From Piromyces finnis finn (lineage: Eukaryota > Fungi > Neocallimastigomycota): a stretch of 64,000 bases of DNA. The notes under the pieces are model-generated. The model made no database searches. It worked only from the letters and a program-made list of their open reading frames with translations, and had not been told where the DNA came from. Numbering within the stretch: position 1 is the first letter of the stretch; the number at the start of each line of letters is the position of its first letter. Where the stretch lies: NCBI GenBank assembly GCA_002104945.1, contig MCFH01000068.1, forward strand, positions 186,001-250,000, given 5' to 3'. A program made the translations under genes and the position numbers. Shown piece after piece: positions 36,954 through 48,630 of this stretch.

Positions 36954-37999
36954 TGTAACAGGTTTCTATATAAAAAATTTATTAATATAAGAATTAATAA
37001 TTTTTATATAGAAGAATAAATATTATATTCCCTATAAGTCAAGAAATTTATTTATTTAAAATATTTTTTTTTATTATTATTAAATTTTTAAGAATAAAGA
37101 TTTAAATTTAAAAGTTAATAAAAACATAACTATTTAATTTTTGATCCACACCACTTCTATTTATACTTTTTCTAAATCTGATGTGGCTAAATAAAAAATT
37201 AAATTTTCTTTCTAAATTCTTTAAATTAATTAAAAATTACATAAAATGAATCTCGTGATAAAAATACATAAAATATTTAATTTTTTGAATATTCGAACTT
37301 ATTCTTTTTCGAATAAGTTCTATAAGTTTCTATGAGTCATAAATTAAATAAATAATTTAAAATAAATTTTGTATCAAAGTGTGAGTCGAACCCGAGTGAT
37401 CCAGATTAATGTCTTAAATACTAACAATTAAGACAATATTAATTTTCAAATAGATTTTGTTAAGGAACCAACAAATAATGTTATTCTTGTCATAATTAAT
37501 GATTATGACCTAATCCATTATTGTTCCTAAATGTATGAAAACTTTACAATATTCTTATTTGTAAATTAATGTATACACTTAAATTATATTTAAAATTATT
37601 AATAATTATTTTTATTGAACTTAAATTTTATTTTATTAAACTTAAAAATTAATTTAGTAATAATAATATATTGAAAATTATAGTTTATTGAACTTTTAGT
37701 TTAATTTATCAAGTTAATGAATTTTTATTAATTAAAATTATGAATAATATTTCTGTAAAATAGTAAAATTCTTTAGTTAAATATATTTAAAGTAAATTTT
37801 TAATGTATGTTAATCAATTTAATAATATGTATAAATATTTATTATAATAGTAATGTAATTTTATTATTCATTTAAAAGTAATTTAAATACTAAAATTAAT
37901 GTAAATAATTAAAGACTAATTCTTTTAATTAACACTACTTAATTTCTTACAAAAAGTATAAAAAGGTGTATATTATAAGAATTAGAGAATATACAGATA

Positions 38000-38030
<31 letters not shown>

Positions 38031-38187
38031 TTATAATTTTATATTAATATCTTAATAAAACAATTTTATTAATAAAACAAATTTTCTTATTTCATTTTAA
38101 TATTATTTTTGAGTATTAATAATTTATTAATATTATATAAATAAAAGTAAATTCCTCGAACCGTAACAATTTTTGTAGTAATTTTAT
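36954..38187 (-). mobile_element. Element W: LTR-like element with tRNA-like cassette, interrupted by Z1
   Basis: Ends ...AACCTGTTACA. Contains GTCTTAATTGTTAGTATTTAAGAC...GGGTTCGACTC, homologous to the B head. 5' end not found. Confidence 0.6.
37458..38168 (-). mobile_element. Element Z1 (711 bp), 4-bp TSD ATTT
   Basis: TGTTA...TAACA termini. Reverse complement of 47934-48630. ATTT at 37454-37457 and 38169-38172. Confidence 0.85.
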
Positions 38188-38223
38188 TGTAAAATATTCT
38201 AAACTAGTTCAGGTTTGTATACG
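38188..38223 (-). mobile_element. 36-bp U5-end remnant of a D-family LTR
   Basis: TGTAAAATATTCTAAACTAGTTCAGGTTTGTATAC matches the reverse complement of the D U5 end. Confidence 0.75.
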
Positions 38224-39135
38224 TGTGAAGATATTAACTGGATTTAAAATAAATTCAGATAATATCTATAATTAATTAAACATAATAATTAGAATTAAAT
38301 AATCCCAATAATTATTTTAAAACACCTTTAAAAGTCACCTTTTAAATTTTGATTCAGTGAAAGGGTTATGATTTCAAAAATTTAATATCAATACACTATA
38401 ACCCTTAGCCAAAAATAAACAAACACGAAACAAGGCGTAACTCGCCAAAAACGATCGCTACGGTTGTAAGTGATACGGCTGTGAAACCAAGTTTATGTAA
38501 TGCTGACACAGAAAGAATAGATTAGGATATCTATTCTATTACAATAACACAAAATTTAAAATAAAATAAAAAATTGTTTTATTAAAAATATCTTTTATTA
38601 TAATAGAAATTTTATTAATAACAATTACATCGATAAAATGATGAAAAATATCTTCTATTTATATTTTTCCTAAATACATTTATATTATATTATAACTATT
38701 TATTTCTTATATATTATTATTTAAAATCTACACTAAAATCTTAATTATTAATAAATATTTAAACTATAACTATTTTTAGTAAAATACAATTGGCAATTCA
38801 AATTAAGTACTATTCAATTTGAATATGTGCCCATGTATTATTGATATATTAATCATTTATTATTTATTTATTTCTATGAAAAAACAATACTAAAACTAGG
38901 GATTTAAATTGAGAATATTAATTTACTTGTTAAACATTAAAAATAAATTAATAATTTATTTTGTTTTAAACTTTAATTATTAATAAATAAATTATGTCTC
39001 ATTTTCTTTTTCTGAATATAATTTGTGTAACTTAAACAATAATACTTGTGGCTTAAGTTACATTAAAGATATCAAACAGAGGCGTTTGATATCTTTACAA
39101 TCTCTCTCTCTAAGTCGAGCTCCTGCGAGATTAAT

Positions 39136-42100
39136 TTATAAGGAATCTTTTCTCGAAGGAATTTCAATTACAAATGGTTGGTATCTATGCTTGATTAGAT
39201 TACCAACTTTATTCTTTCTAATTTTCATGGAGGAGTCGTTCGACTTATATTTTGACTTTTTAGAGTTTCTTTCAAACTCTTGTATTAATTGTTTATCTGG
39301 AATCTGATCTTCAGAAATCCAAGTGGATTTGTCAAATCCTTTCCATGATAACTTATAAAATGTTTCACCATTAACGGATTTCATCTTTTCAATTTTCTCT
39401 GGAATTTTTTCAATTAAATCTGTGTTAAGGTGAATGTTCCTCTTCCTACGATTAGACCTGTCGTTAAACATGTTTTCAAAGTATGGTTCTAACAATGAAA
39501 CATGAAAGACTGGATGACATCTCATTGTCTTTGGAAGTTTCAATTTGAAAGCGAGAGAACTAACTTTTTCAATTATCTCAAATGGACCAAGCATTTGAGG
39601 TGCTAATTTTCTCTTTAGGTTAGTTCCAGGAGAATCTTTCAATAACCATACCTTCTTTCCCACTTCGAACTCCGGGGGAATCATTCTCTTCATATCGGCA
39701 TATTTCTTATATGTTTCTTTTGCTTTTTCTAAGTTTTCTTTTAATAATTTAAAGTTTTCATTCATATCAATTACTCTTTGTTCAGCTCTACTAGGTCTAT
39801 CATTAGCTGGAATTTCTAAGCTGAACTTTGGATGAAAACCATAATTAGCAAAGAATGGGGATTGATTTATAGATTGTTGTAAAGTATTATTATATGCAAA
39901 TTCAGCAAATGGGATAAGATCAACCCAGTTATTCTGCTTTTTATTTATAAAACAACGGAAATATTGTTCTAATATGCCGTTCACCCTCTCCGTTTGACCA
40001 TCTGTCTGCGGATGGTTGGCAGTCGATAATGAATGATTGATATTAAGAAGGTCACAAAGTCTTGACCAAAAGTCAGAAGTAAATTGCGAGCCTCTATCAG
40101 AAATGATGGAATCAGGAAGACCATGCAAACGGAAGACATTAGCAATAAAAGCATCAGCAGCAATCGAAGCAGTAGGAAGACAACGTAAAGGAATGGCGTG
40201 AGCAAATTTAGTAAATCTATCGACAACAACCATGAGAGTTGTCATATCTCTGGACTTAGGAAGATCAACAATAAAATCAATAGAAATATCAGACCAGGGC
40301 CTACTGGGAGTGCCCAAGGGGGATAATAATCCATAAGGCTTATGTCTGGGGACTTTGGATTTGCAACAAGTCACGCAAGATTTGATAAAAGATTTAACGT
40401 CTGAATGAAACCTTGGCCACCAAAAGTTTCTGGAAATCAGTTCAGTGGTTTTCTTAATACCGAAATGACCAGCAGCAACAGAATCATGATGAAGTTCCAA
40501 AACTCTTGTCCTAAGAGATTTAGGAACATAAATAAGATTATTATATAACAAAAATCCTTCATTATCAATAATAACTTTATCAATATTTTTAATAGGTGCA
40601 TTACATGCAGAACCATTCATTTTAAATTGGACAATAGAATTATACAAATCGTCATTTTTAAGTTCTAATAAAATAGAATCGATTAACGGTTTGTTATCGC
40701 TATGATGAAACGAAATAGTAAGACAAGAAACATCAGAATTAATATTATTCTCTAAATGGTCACTTCTACGAGACAGGATATCAGGCTTACCGGATTTCTT
40801 TCCAGCTCTATAAATGAGTTTAAAATCAAATCTGGATAAGAACAAATTCCATCTAATTTGTCTCTGAGATAACATTTCAGGTTTTCTAGGAAATGTTAAA
40901 TTCTTGTGATCAGTATAAATTATGAACGGATGACGTGCACCTTCTAAATAATGACGCCATTCTTCAAGAGCAACTACAATAGCTAAAAGTTCCTTGTCAT
41001 ATATAGGATAGTTTCTTTGACAACTCGTCAAACTTTTAGAAAGAAATGCAATAGGATGTAATTTGCCATCAAATTCTTGAGAGAGAATAGCACCGACAGC
41101 ATAATTACTAGCATCAGTTTCTACAATAAATTGATTATTACTATCCGCATGTTTCAGAATAGGAGCTGACGTGAACAGAGATTTTAATAAAATAAAAGCG
41201 TCCTGATCTTCTTTCACCCAGTTAAAAGCAACATTCTTTCTAGTGAGTTTGTGAAGAGGGTTTGCAATTTTAGCAAAGTCTTTAATAAAAATTCTGTAAT
41301 AGTTGCATAAACCAATAAAAGACTGAACCTCTTTAACATTCTTGGGAACCGGCCAATCGAGAATTGCTTTAACTTTATTTTCATCCATTTGCAATCCATC
41401 CTTTGAAATGACATAACCAAGAAAAGTGGTTTTCTCAACATCAAACTCACATTTTTCTAATTTAACATAAAGATTATTTTCAAGTAGTTTCTTAAGTACC
41501 TTTTTAACATGCACATGATGTTCTTCGATATTATTAGAATAAATAAGAATATCATCAATATATGAGATAACAAAATCGTCTAAATAGTCACTAAGGACAT
41601 CGTTAATGAAGTGTTGAAAAGTTGCAGGTGCATTCTTTAATCCAAAAGGCATAACCAGATATTCAAAATGTCCATATCTAGTACGAAAAGCCGTTTTGTA
41701 TTCGTCACCTTCTTTAATACGAACAAGATTATAAGCGGATTTAAGGTCTAATTTAGTAAAAATCTTAGCATTTTTCACCCTATCCAAAAGGTCACTAATT
41801 AAAGGTAAAGGATATGAATTACGAATGGTAATATCATTCAACTTTCTATAATCGATACAAAGTCTTAGGGAGCCATCCTTCTTTTTAACAAATAAAATTG
41901 GGGCACCAGCAGGAGACGATGATTTCCTAATAAAACCTTTATTTAAATTATCATCAATATATTTTTTAAGTTCCTCTCTTTCAACTTCAGTTAATGGATA
42001 CAAAGGTCCATAAAATAAAGTCGAATCATCTTTAAGTTTGATTTCACAATCATAAGGTCTATGAGGAGGTAACACTTCACAATTTTTTTCATTAAACACT

Positions 42101-43728
42101 TCACTAAATTCTAAATATTGGGTTGGTACGGCGACCAATTTATCTTTATTAATATCTTTTCCATTATTATTATTATTACTACATGATTCATTATCATTAT
42201 TACATGTTTCATTAATTTTTGTTACAATACATTTAACTTTTTTATTAAAACTAATATATTCATCATCGCTATCATCTTCATCATTGATGGTTCTAACAAG
42301 GCGGCCTTTAACATATTCTTTTTCTTCATTGTTTGGGACAGAGGGATCTACTTTCGGCTTTTTGGTCAAGCTTCGGTCGAGAACATCATGATCTAACTGA
42401 TCATTCTTTGACTTCTTTCTTGGTTTTCTCTTTCTTTTGCCTTTATTACAATGTCTGGCACAATAACCAGAACTAAAAGCGATTTTCTTAGAGTCGTAGA
42501 AAGCATTTGGATTATGCTTCTTTATCCACGGCAAACCAAGAATAACATTAACACCGGGGACTTGTAATCCATAAAGTTGAATTACTTCGAAGTGATTTTT
42601 GCAACGGAGCATGCACTTCTCAGTCCTTTCCCAAACACTAACAACTCCATCACTAACACCAGATACACGGAATGGTTCTACTTTTTCCAAATTAATACCA
42701 AGGTCTTCAGCAAGACTTGGATTAATGAAATTTAATTCGGAACCGGAATCAATTAAAACCTTAATTTTAACTTCCGAAACTTCATTGGTACTCAAGTAAA
42801 AATCCACAAGGTTTAAATCACTTTTCACTCCCTTGACTCCAACTTTGTAAATTTTTGGATTGACAATTTTTGGAGTCCTTTCTTTAACAATTCTTAACAC
42901 TTTTCTGGGCTTTACTCTATTAGGACAATTAAATTTTAAATGTCCCGGTTGTTTACAAAGAAAACATAACCCTTTTTTCTTTTCTTCTTCAAAGTTATCT
43001 ATGTTTTCATTGTAATTTTTACTTGATCCTTGAATATTCACATACCTTTTTCGTTTATTCTCTCTACTAATTTTAAATACATCCACATCCATAGGATCAT
43101 TAGCCCTTCTACCATTAAAATAAAATTCACTTAAAGAATTCCTTTTCATCATATCTTCAACTAAAATAGTTGAAGAAATCAATTGTTCAATTGAAGTTGG
43201 GTTTGATTCAATGAAAGCCAACTTCTCCCTAAGTGGTGGTAATAAACCTTTCAGAAACATGTAGATTTTTGCGCTATCATTAAAGCTTGAATTTTGGCTA
43301 ATACGTTGAAACTCGGTAATGTAATCTAATACCTGACCAAGTTTCCTTTGGCGAAGATTATCTAATTTTCCGTTAGCTACAACGGTATCGTATCTATAAC
43401 TGCCAAAATTAGCCTTCAACCTATCTACAAATTCATCATAATGGTTTAAAACCCCACTATTATTCTTCATCAACACTGAAGCCCATTCCAAAGGTTTACC
43501 AGAGAAGTATGATATAACGAAGTCGACCTTGACTCGATCTGTATTATACAGTGTCGGTCGAGTACGAAATACCAACTCAACTCTGGTTAAAAATCCATCC
43601 AATTCTCTTTGTTTACCAGAAAATATCGGTGGAGCATTAATAATGTTCCCCGAATTCCCAGAAACACCCACAGTCCTATCACCCATCTCTAAATTTAAAT
43701 TTTCAAACTCACTAATTAAGTCCTCCAA
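39136..43728 (-). CDS. gag-pol: F single-ORF gag-pol polyprotein (~1530 aa); start codon uncertain (ACG-TTG, or ATG 14 codons in)
   Basis: CFLCKQPGHLKFNC, LIDSGS, YIDD, ETDAS, integrase core, GPF and chromodomain-like FYKLSWKG...TW. No internal stops. Confidence 0.93.
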   Translation of the reverse strand: MEDLISEFENLNLEMGDRTVGVSGNSGNIINAPPIFSGKQRELDGFLTRVELVFRTRPTLYNTDRVKVDFVISYFSGKPLEWASVLMKNNSGVLNHYDEFVDRLKANFGSYRYDTVVANGKLDNLRQRKLGQVLDYITEFQRISQNSSFNDSAKIYMFLKGLLPPLREKLAFIESNPTSIEQLISSTILVEDMMKRNSLSEFYFNGRRANDPMDVDVFKISRENKRKRYVNIQGSSKNYNENIDNFEEEKKKGLCFLCKQPGHLKFNCPNRVKPRKVLRIVKERTPKIVNPKIYKVGVKGVKSDLNLVDFYLSTNEVSEVKIKVLIDSGSELNFINPSLAEDLGINLEKVEPFRVSGVSDGVVSVWERTEKCMLRCKNHFEVIQLYGLQVPGVNVILGLPWIKKHNPNAFYDSKKIAFSSGYCARHCNKGKRKRKPRKKSKNDQLDHDVLDRSLTKKPKVDPSVPNNEEKEYVKGRLVRTINDEDDSDDEYISFNKKVKCIVTKINETCNNDNESCSNNNNNGKDINKDKLVAVPTQYLEFSEVFNEKNCEVLPPHRPYDCEIKLKDDSTLFYGPLYPLTEVEREELKKYIDDNLNKGFIRKSSSPAGAPILFVKKKDGSLRLCIDYRKLNDITIRNSYPLPLISDLLDRVKNAKIFTKLDLKSAYNLVRIKEGDEYKTAFRTRYGHFEYLVMPFGLKNAPATFQHFINDVLSDYLDDFVISYIDDILIYSNNIEEHHVHVKKVLKKLLENNLYVKLEKCEFDVEKTTFLGYVISKDGLQMDENKVKAILDWPVPKNVKEVQSFIGLCNYYRIFIKDFAKIANPLHKLTRKNVAFNWVKEDQDAFILLKSLFTSAPILKHADSNNQFIVETDASNYAVGAILSQEFDGKLHPIAFLSKSLTSCQRNYPIYDKELLAIVVALEEWRHYLEGARHPFIIYTDHKNLTFPRKPEMLSQRQIRWNLFLSRFDFKLIYRAGKKSGKPDILSRRSDHLENNINSDVSCLTISFHHSDNKPLIDSILLELKNDDLYNSIVQFKMNGSACNAPIKNIDKVIIDNEGFLLYNNLIYVPKSLRTRVLELHHDSVAAGHFGIKKTTELISRNFWWPRFHSDVKSFIKSCVTCCKSKVPRHKPYGLLSPLGTPSRPWSDISIDFIVDLPKSRDMTTLMVVVDRFTKFAHAIPLRCLPTASIAADAFIANVFRLHGLPDSIISDRGSQFTSDFWSRLCDLLNINHSLSTANHPQTDGQTERVNGILEQYFRCFINKKQNNWVDLIPFAEFAYNNTLQQSINQSPFFANYGFHPKFSLEIPANDRPSRAEQRVIDMNENFKLLKENLEKAKETYKKYADMKRMIPPEFEVGKKVWLLKDSPGTNLKRKLAPQMLGPFEIIEKVSSLAFKLKLPKTMRCHPVFHVSLLEPYFENMFNDRSNRRKRNIHLNTDLIEKIPEKIEKMKSVNGETFYKLSWKGFDKSTWISEDQIPDKQLIQEFERNSKKSKYKSNDSSMKIRKNKVGNLIKHRYQPFVIEIPSRKDSL

Positions 43729-43919
43729 CGTTAAATATAAAACAAAATATAAAAAATGTTTTCTTACTACTGTTTCAAGTAAGTAATTTTTTTTTTTTTT
43801 TAAAAGAAAAAACTATTTCTACAAAAACGATGTTAGTTAATACAAAAGTTATTCAAACTCGATCTGTTATACAGTGTCGAACAAGTTTTGTATTATATAA
43901 TAATAATATTAATCAGAGT

Positions 43920-43966
<47 letters not shown>

Positions 43967-43976
43967 CTTCTGCTAG

Positions 43977-44186
43977 GGTAGCAACAAAGTTTCTTCAATA
44001 CTCTCTTGAACCAAGGTAGCAACAAAGTTTCTTCAATACTCTCTTGAACCAAGGTAGCAACAAAGTTTCTTCAATACTCTCTTGAACTAAGGTAGCAACA
44101 AAGTTTCTTCAATAATCTCTTGAACCAAGGTAGCAACAAAGTTTCTTCAATAATCTCTTGAACCAAGGTAGCAACAAAGTTTCTTC
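43977..44186. repeat. 38-bp tandem repeat, ~5.5 copies, in the F 5' leader
   Basis: Unit GGTAGCAACAAAGTTTCTTCAATA(C/A)TCTCTTGAAC(C/T)AA, head to tail with no spacers. Confidence 0.92.
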
Positions 44187-44357
44187 GGGCGGTAGATATC
44201 CTAACGTACTCTTGAAGTAGTTAGGTAATTGTTATTGTAATGCTGACACAGAAAGAATAGATTAGGATATCTATTCTATTACAATAACACAAAATTTAAA
44301 ATAAAATAAAAAATTGTTTTATTAAAAATATCTTTTATTATAATAGAAATTTTATTA

Positions 44358-44403
44358 ATAACAATTACATCGATAAAATGATGAAAAATATCTTCTATTT
44401 ATA
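44358..44403 (-). promoter_or_regulatory. F LTR TATA box and predicted TSS / self-primer
   Basis: Minus-strand TATAAATA lies 35 nt before GTAATTGTTAT, which is complementary to PBS ATAACAATTAC (44225-44235). Confidence 0.7.
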
Positions 44404-45591
44404 TTTTTCCTAAATACATTTATATTATATTATAACTATTTATTTCTTATATATTATTATTTAAAATCTACACTAAAATCTTAATTATTAATAAATATTT
44501 AAACTATAACTATTTTTAGTAAAATACAATTGGCAATTCAAATTAAGTACTATTCAATTTGAATATGTGCCCATGTATTATTGATATATTAATCATTTAT
44601 TATTTATTTATTTCTATGAAAAAACAATACTAAAACTAGGGATTTAAATTGAGAATATTAATTTACTTGTTAAACATTAAAAATAAATTAATAATTTATT
44701 TTGTTTTAAACTTTAATTATTAATAAATAAATTATGTCTCATTTTCTTTTTCTGAATATAATTTGTGTAACTTAAACAATAATACTTGTGGCTTAAGTTA
44801 CATTAAAGATATCAAACAGAGGCGTTTGATATCTTTACAGTTTATTAGAAAGCTTAAGGAAAAAGCTATATTTTGGTACAATCGCGGTCCTTCTAACTGG
44901 TCATTTAAGAAAGATATGGTCATTTGAAGATTTTAATAAGTAAATTAAAATCAATATGATATCAAGTATGGATCATAGACATTTCTTATGACTTGACGAA
45001 AATTAAAAAGATATCAATAGAAATTTTAATTATATTAATTTAATTAATGATAGTGACTGTTACTAAAAATAGAACAAATAGAACTAAACCATTTAGGTGT
45101 AACAGTTAACATTTATAAATTAAATAATTCTAATTATTATAAAATAGGTTAATGGATCAAGTGTTTAAATGATTAATCATATGTTTATTTTATTTTTATG
45201 TCATGACAAAACAAACAAACAAACAAACAATCATATTACTTATCTAATTATATTATTAACATATTACATGTAATACTTTATTTTTTATCAATTTAATAAT
45301 CTGAACAAAGAATATAAAATAGAAGGAATTGAATTCGATTTTAATTCTTTGTAAAGATTTTAGTTATAATCTTAATTATATAGTTATTAAATATATTATC
45401 ATTTATATTATTATTACTAAATAAATAAAATTTTATAAAAGGTTATTCTAAAAAATAAATATTAATTTTTCATTTGGAAGTTTAAAGTGTTATTTTATAT
45501 TTAAATTTATTTTCTTAAAAAACATATTTACTATATAATTAATAACATTCTGACCTGGCCGCATAACCAAATCCCAAAACTTAACAATACG

Positions 45592-46236
45592 TGTCAAAAT
45601 CACAATTCATGAAATTTGACATTTCATGAAATTTCATAATTTTGAATTAATAGTTAAATTAATTAAAATATTAATTTAATAATATTTTACTAATAATAGT
45701 TTATTTAATATAAATATTAATTGGAAAGCTATTTATTATCCGGAGATAAATAGTGTAACAATTAATTAATATTAAACAAACCAATTAGTAAAATAAGATT
45801 CATTTAAATAATTATTAATATTATTTTTAACAACTTATTAATATCGATATTTAAAGAAAATTATATTATTATTATTATTATTATATTTTATTAATATTTA
45901 TATTTATATTATTATACATGTATAACTTAAATTATATTATTATTATACTTTATTAATATCAACATTATATTAAAAATGAAAGTATAAATAAGTTGAACAA
46001 AGAACAACTTTAAGAAGTTCTTTGTGAGATTATTATACTCATTTTTATATAGTAAATTCAATATTTAAAATTAATAATTATCATTTATTTATTTTATAAA
46101 AATTAAATAAAATATTTCTTAAAAAACTATATTTATTACTCTTTTATTTATAAAAATTTATTATTTACTATATAATTAAGCCTATCTTAACCTAGTAGAC
46201 TTAATTATAGTTCTAAATCCACTCTAACTTTTGACA
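45592..46236. mobile_element. Element Y (645 bp) with TGTCAAAA...TTTTGACA termini; no matching TSD
   Basis: 8-bp inverted termini. Flanks are ATACG and ACACA. Confidence 0.5.
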
Positions 46237-46237
46237 A

Positions 46238-46282
46238 CACAAGAATTTAACATTTCCTAGAAAACCTGAAATGTTATCTCAG
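46238..46282 (+). pseudogene. 45-bp remnant of F-family RNase H (HKNLTFPRKPEMLSQ)
   Basis: Matches the F/H RNase H sequence and sits between two LTR-type termini. Confidence 0.75.
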
Positions 46283-46860
46283 TGTAACGAATCGTTGTAA
46301 CAATAACATATATAAAAATTTAAAAAATTTGGACACATGAAAAAAAATAAAAATTTTTTTAAAATTTGAAAATTTGAAAAAATTTATTTTTTAAATTTTT
46401 ATTAAAAAATTTCAAATTATAAAATTTCTAATATTTGAAATTATTAAATTTTTTTTAAAAATTATTATAATTTTATTATAAAAAATTTTTATTTTAAATT
46501 TATTAACTATTTACAATAATTATATTAATTATTAATTTATAAAAATTAAATATTTTATAATTAGACAATAATTAATTAATTTTAAAAAATGTAATAATTA
46601 AAATTGTTCATGTATAAAAAGAACAAAAATTGACAAAAATTACGAAGCTTTAGCGTTAGTAATTTTTTAACTTAAAGTTAATAAAATTTATAAACTCCTA
46701 TAAAACCTAAAACTTTAAAAATTTTAATATTTTTAATAACTTAATATATGCTGATATTAAGTTATTGCTAAAATAAAAATATTATTTAATTTTCTTTATA
46801 TAAATATTATTAGCTTTACGCCTTCAATAGGAAAGCGTATTATATTTGTTAATTAATATA

Positions 46861-47865
46861 TGTTAAGTTTTTGGATTTGGTTATGCGGCCAGGTCAGAAT
46901 GTTATCAATTATATAGTAAATATGTTTTTTAAGAAAATAAATTTAAATATAAAATAACACTTTAAACTTCCAAATGAAAAATTAATATTTATTTTTTAGA
47001 ATAACCTTTTATAAAATTTTATTTATTTAGTAATAATAATATAAATGATAATATATTTAATAACTATATAATTAAGATTATAACTAAAATCTTTACAAAG
47101 AATTAAAATCGAATTCAATTCCTTCTATTTTATATTCTTTGTTCAGATTATTAAATTGATAAAAAATAAAGTATTACATGTAATATGTTAATAATATAAT
47201 TAGATAAGTAATATGATTGTTTGTTTGTTTGTTTGTTTTGTCATGACATAAAAATAAAATAAACATATGATTAATCATTTAAACACTTGATCCATTAACC
47301 TATTTTATAATAATTAGAATTATTTAATTTATAAATGTTAACTGTTACACCTAAATGGTTTAGTTCTATTTTTAGTAACAGTCACTATCATTAATTAAAT
47401 TAATATAATTAAAATTTCTATTGATATCTTTTTAATTTTCGTCAAGTCATAAGAAATGTCTATGATCCATACTTGATATCATATTGATTTTAATTTACTT
47501 ATTAAAATCTTCAAATGACCATATCTTTCTTAAATGACCAGTTAGAAGGACCGCGATTGTACCAAAATATAGCTTTTTCCTTAAGCTTTCTAATAAACTT
47601 GGTTTCACAGCCGTATCACTTACAACCGTAGCGATCGTTTTTGGCGAGTTACGCCTTGTTTCGTGTTTGTTTATTTTTGGCTAAGGGTTATAGTGTATTG
47701 ATATTAAATTTTTGAAATCATAACCCTTTCACTGAATCAAAATTTAAAAGGTGACTTTTAAAGGTGTTTTAAAATAATTATTGGGATCATTTAATTCTAA
47801 TTATTATGTTTAATTAATTATAGATATTATCTGAATTTGTTTTAAGTCCAATTAATATCTTCACA
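46861..47865 (+). mobile_element. Third family-X copy with non-matching flanks
   Basis: Near-identical to 9924-10927. Flanks are ATATA and AGTAT. Confidence 0.88.
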
Positions 47866-47878
47866 AGTATTCGTGACA

Positions 47879-47914
47879 TATTAATACATTATTCTATTAA
47901 TACAATATTTTACA
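47879..47914 (-). mobile_element. 36-bp U3-end remnant of a D-family LTR
   Basis: Reverse complement TGTAAAATATTGTATTAATAGAATAATGTATT equals the start of the D LTR. Confidence 0.75.
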
Positions 47915-47933
47915 GTTGGTTCCTTAACAAGAA

Positions 47934-48630
47934 TGTTACGGTTCGAGGAATTTAATTTTATTTATAAAATATTAATAAATTTATTAATACTCAAAAATAA
48001 TATTAAAATGAAATAAGAAAAAGTGTTTTATTAATAAAATTGTTTTATTAAGATATTAATATAAAATAAAATAAAAATAAAAATAAAAATATCTGTATAT
48101 TCTCTAATTCTTATAATATACACCTTTTTATACTTTTTGTAAGAAATTAAGTAGTGTTAATTAAAAGAATTAGTCTTTAATTATTTACATTAATTTTAGT
48201 ATTTAAATTACTTTTAAATCAATAATAAAATTACATTACTATTATAATAAATATTTATACATATTATTAAATTGATTAACATACATTAAAAGTTTACTTT
48301 AAATATATTTAAATAAAGAATTTTACTATTTTACAGAAATATTATTCATAATTTTAATTAATAAAAATTCATTAACTTGATAAATTAACTAAAAGTTCAA
48401 TAAACTATAATTTTCAATATATTATTATTACTAAATTAATTTTTAAGTTTAATAAAATAAAATTTAAGTTCAATAAAAATAATTATAAATAATTTTAAAT
48501 ATAATTTAAGTGTATACATTAATTTACAAATAAGAATATTGTAAAGTTTTCATACATTTAGGAACAATAATGGATTAGGTCATAATCATTAATTATGACA
48601 AGAATAACATTATTTGTTGGTTCCTTAACA
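47934..48630 (+). mobile_element. Element Z2 (697 bp), 4-bp TSD AGAA, preceded by the last 15 bp of another Z copy (47915-47929)
   Basis: AGAA at 47930-47933 and 48631-48634. GTTGGTTCCTTAACA occurs twice. Confidence 0.85.

Larger units (their letters stand above)
38496..44839 (-). mobile_element. Element F: full-length young chromovirus, 604-bp LTRs 38496-39099 and 44236-44839, TSD GTTTA
   Basis: LTRs look identical. GTTTA at 38491-38495 and 44840-44844. (AG)n PPT at 39100-39112. Confidence 0.96.
38224..45586 (-). mobile_element. Family-X copy (TSD ATACG), split by element F
   Basis: 38224-38495 plus 44840-45586 rebuild the reverse complement of 9924-10927. ATACG at 38219-38223 and 45587-45591. 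Confidence 0.9.

Noticed and set aside
43977-44186. 38-bp repeats as a CRISPR array
   Set aside because: Units are contiguous with no unique spacers, lie in a retrotransposon leader, and there are no cas genes in this eukaryotic context.
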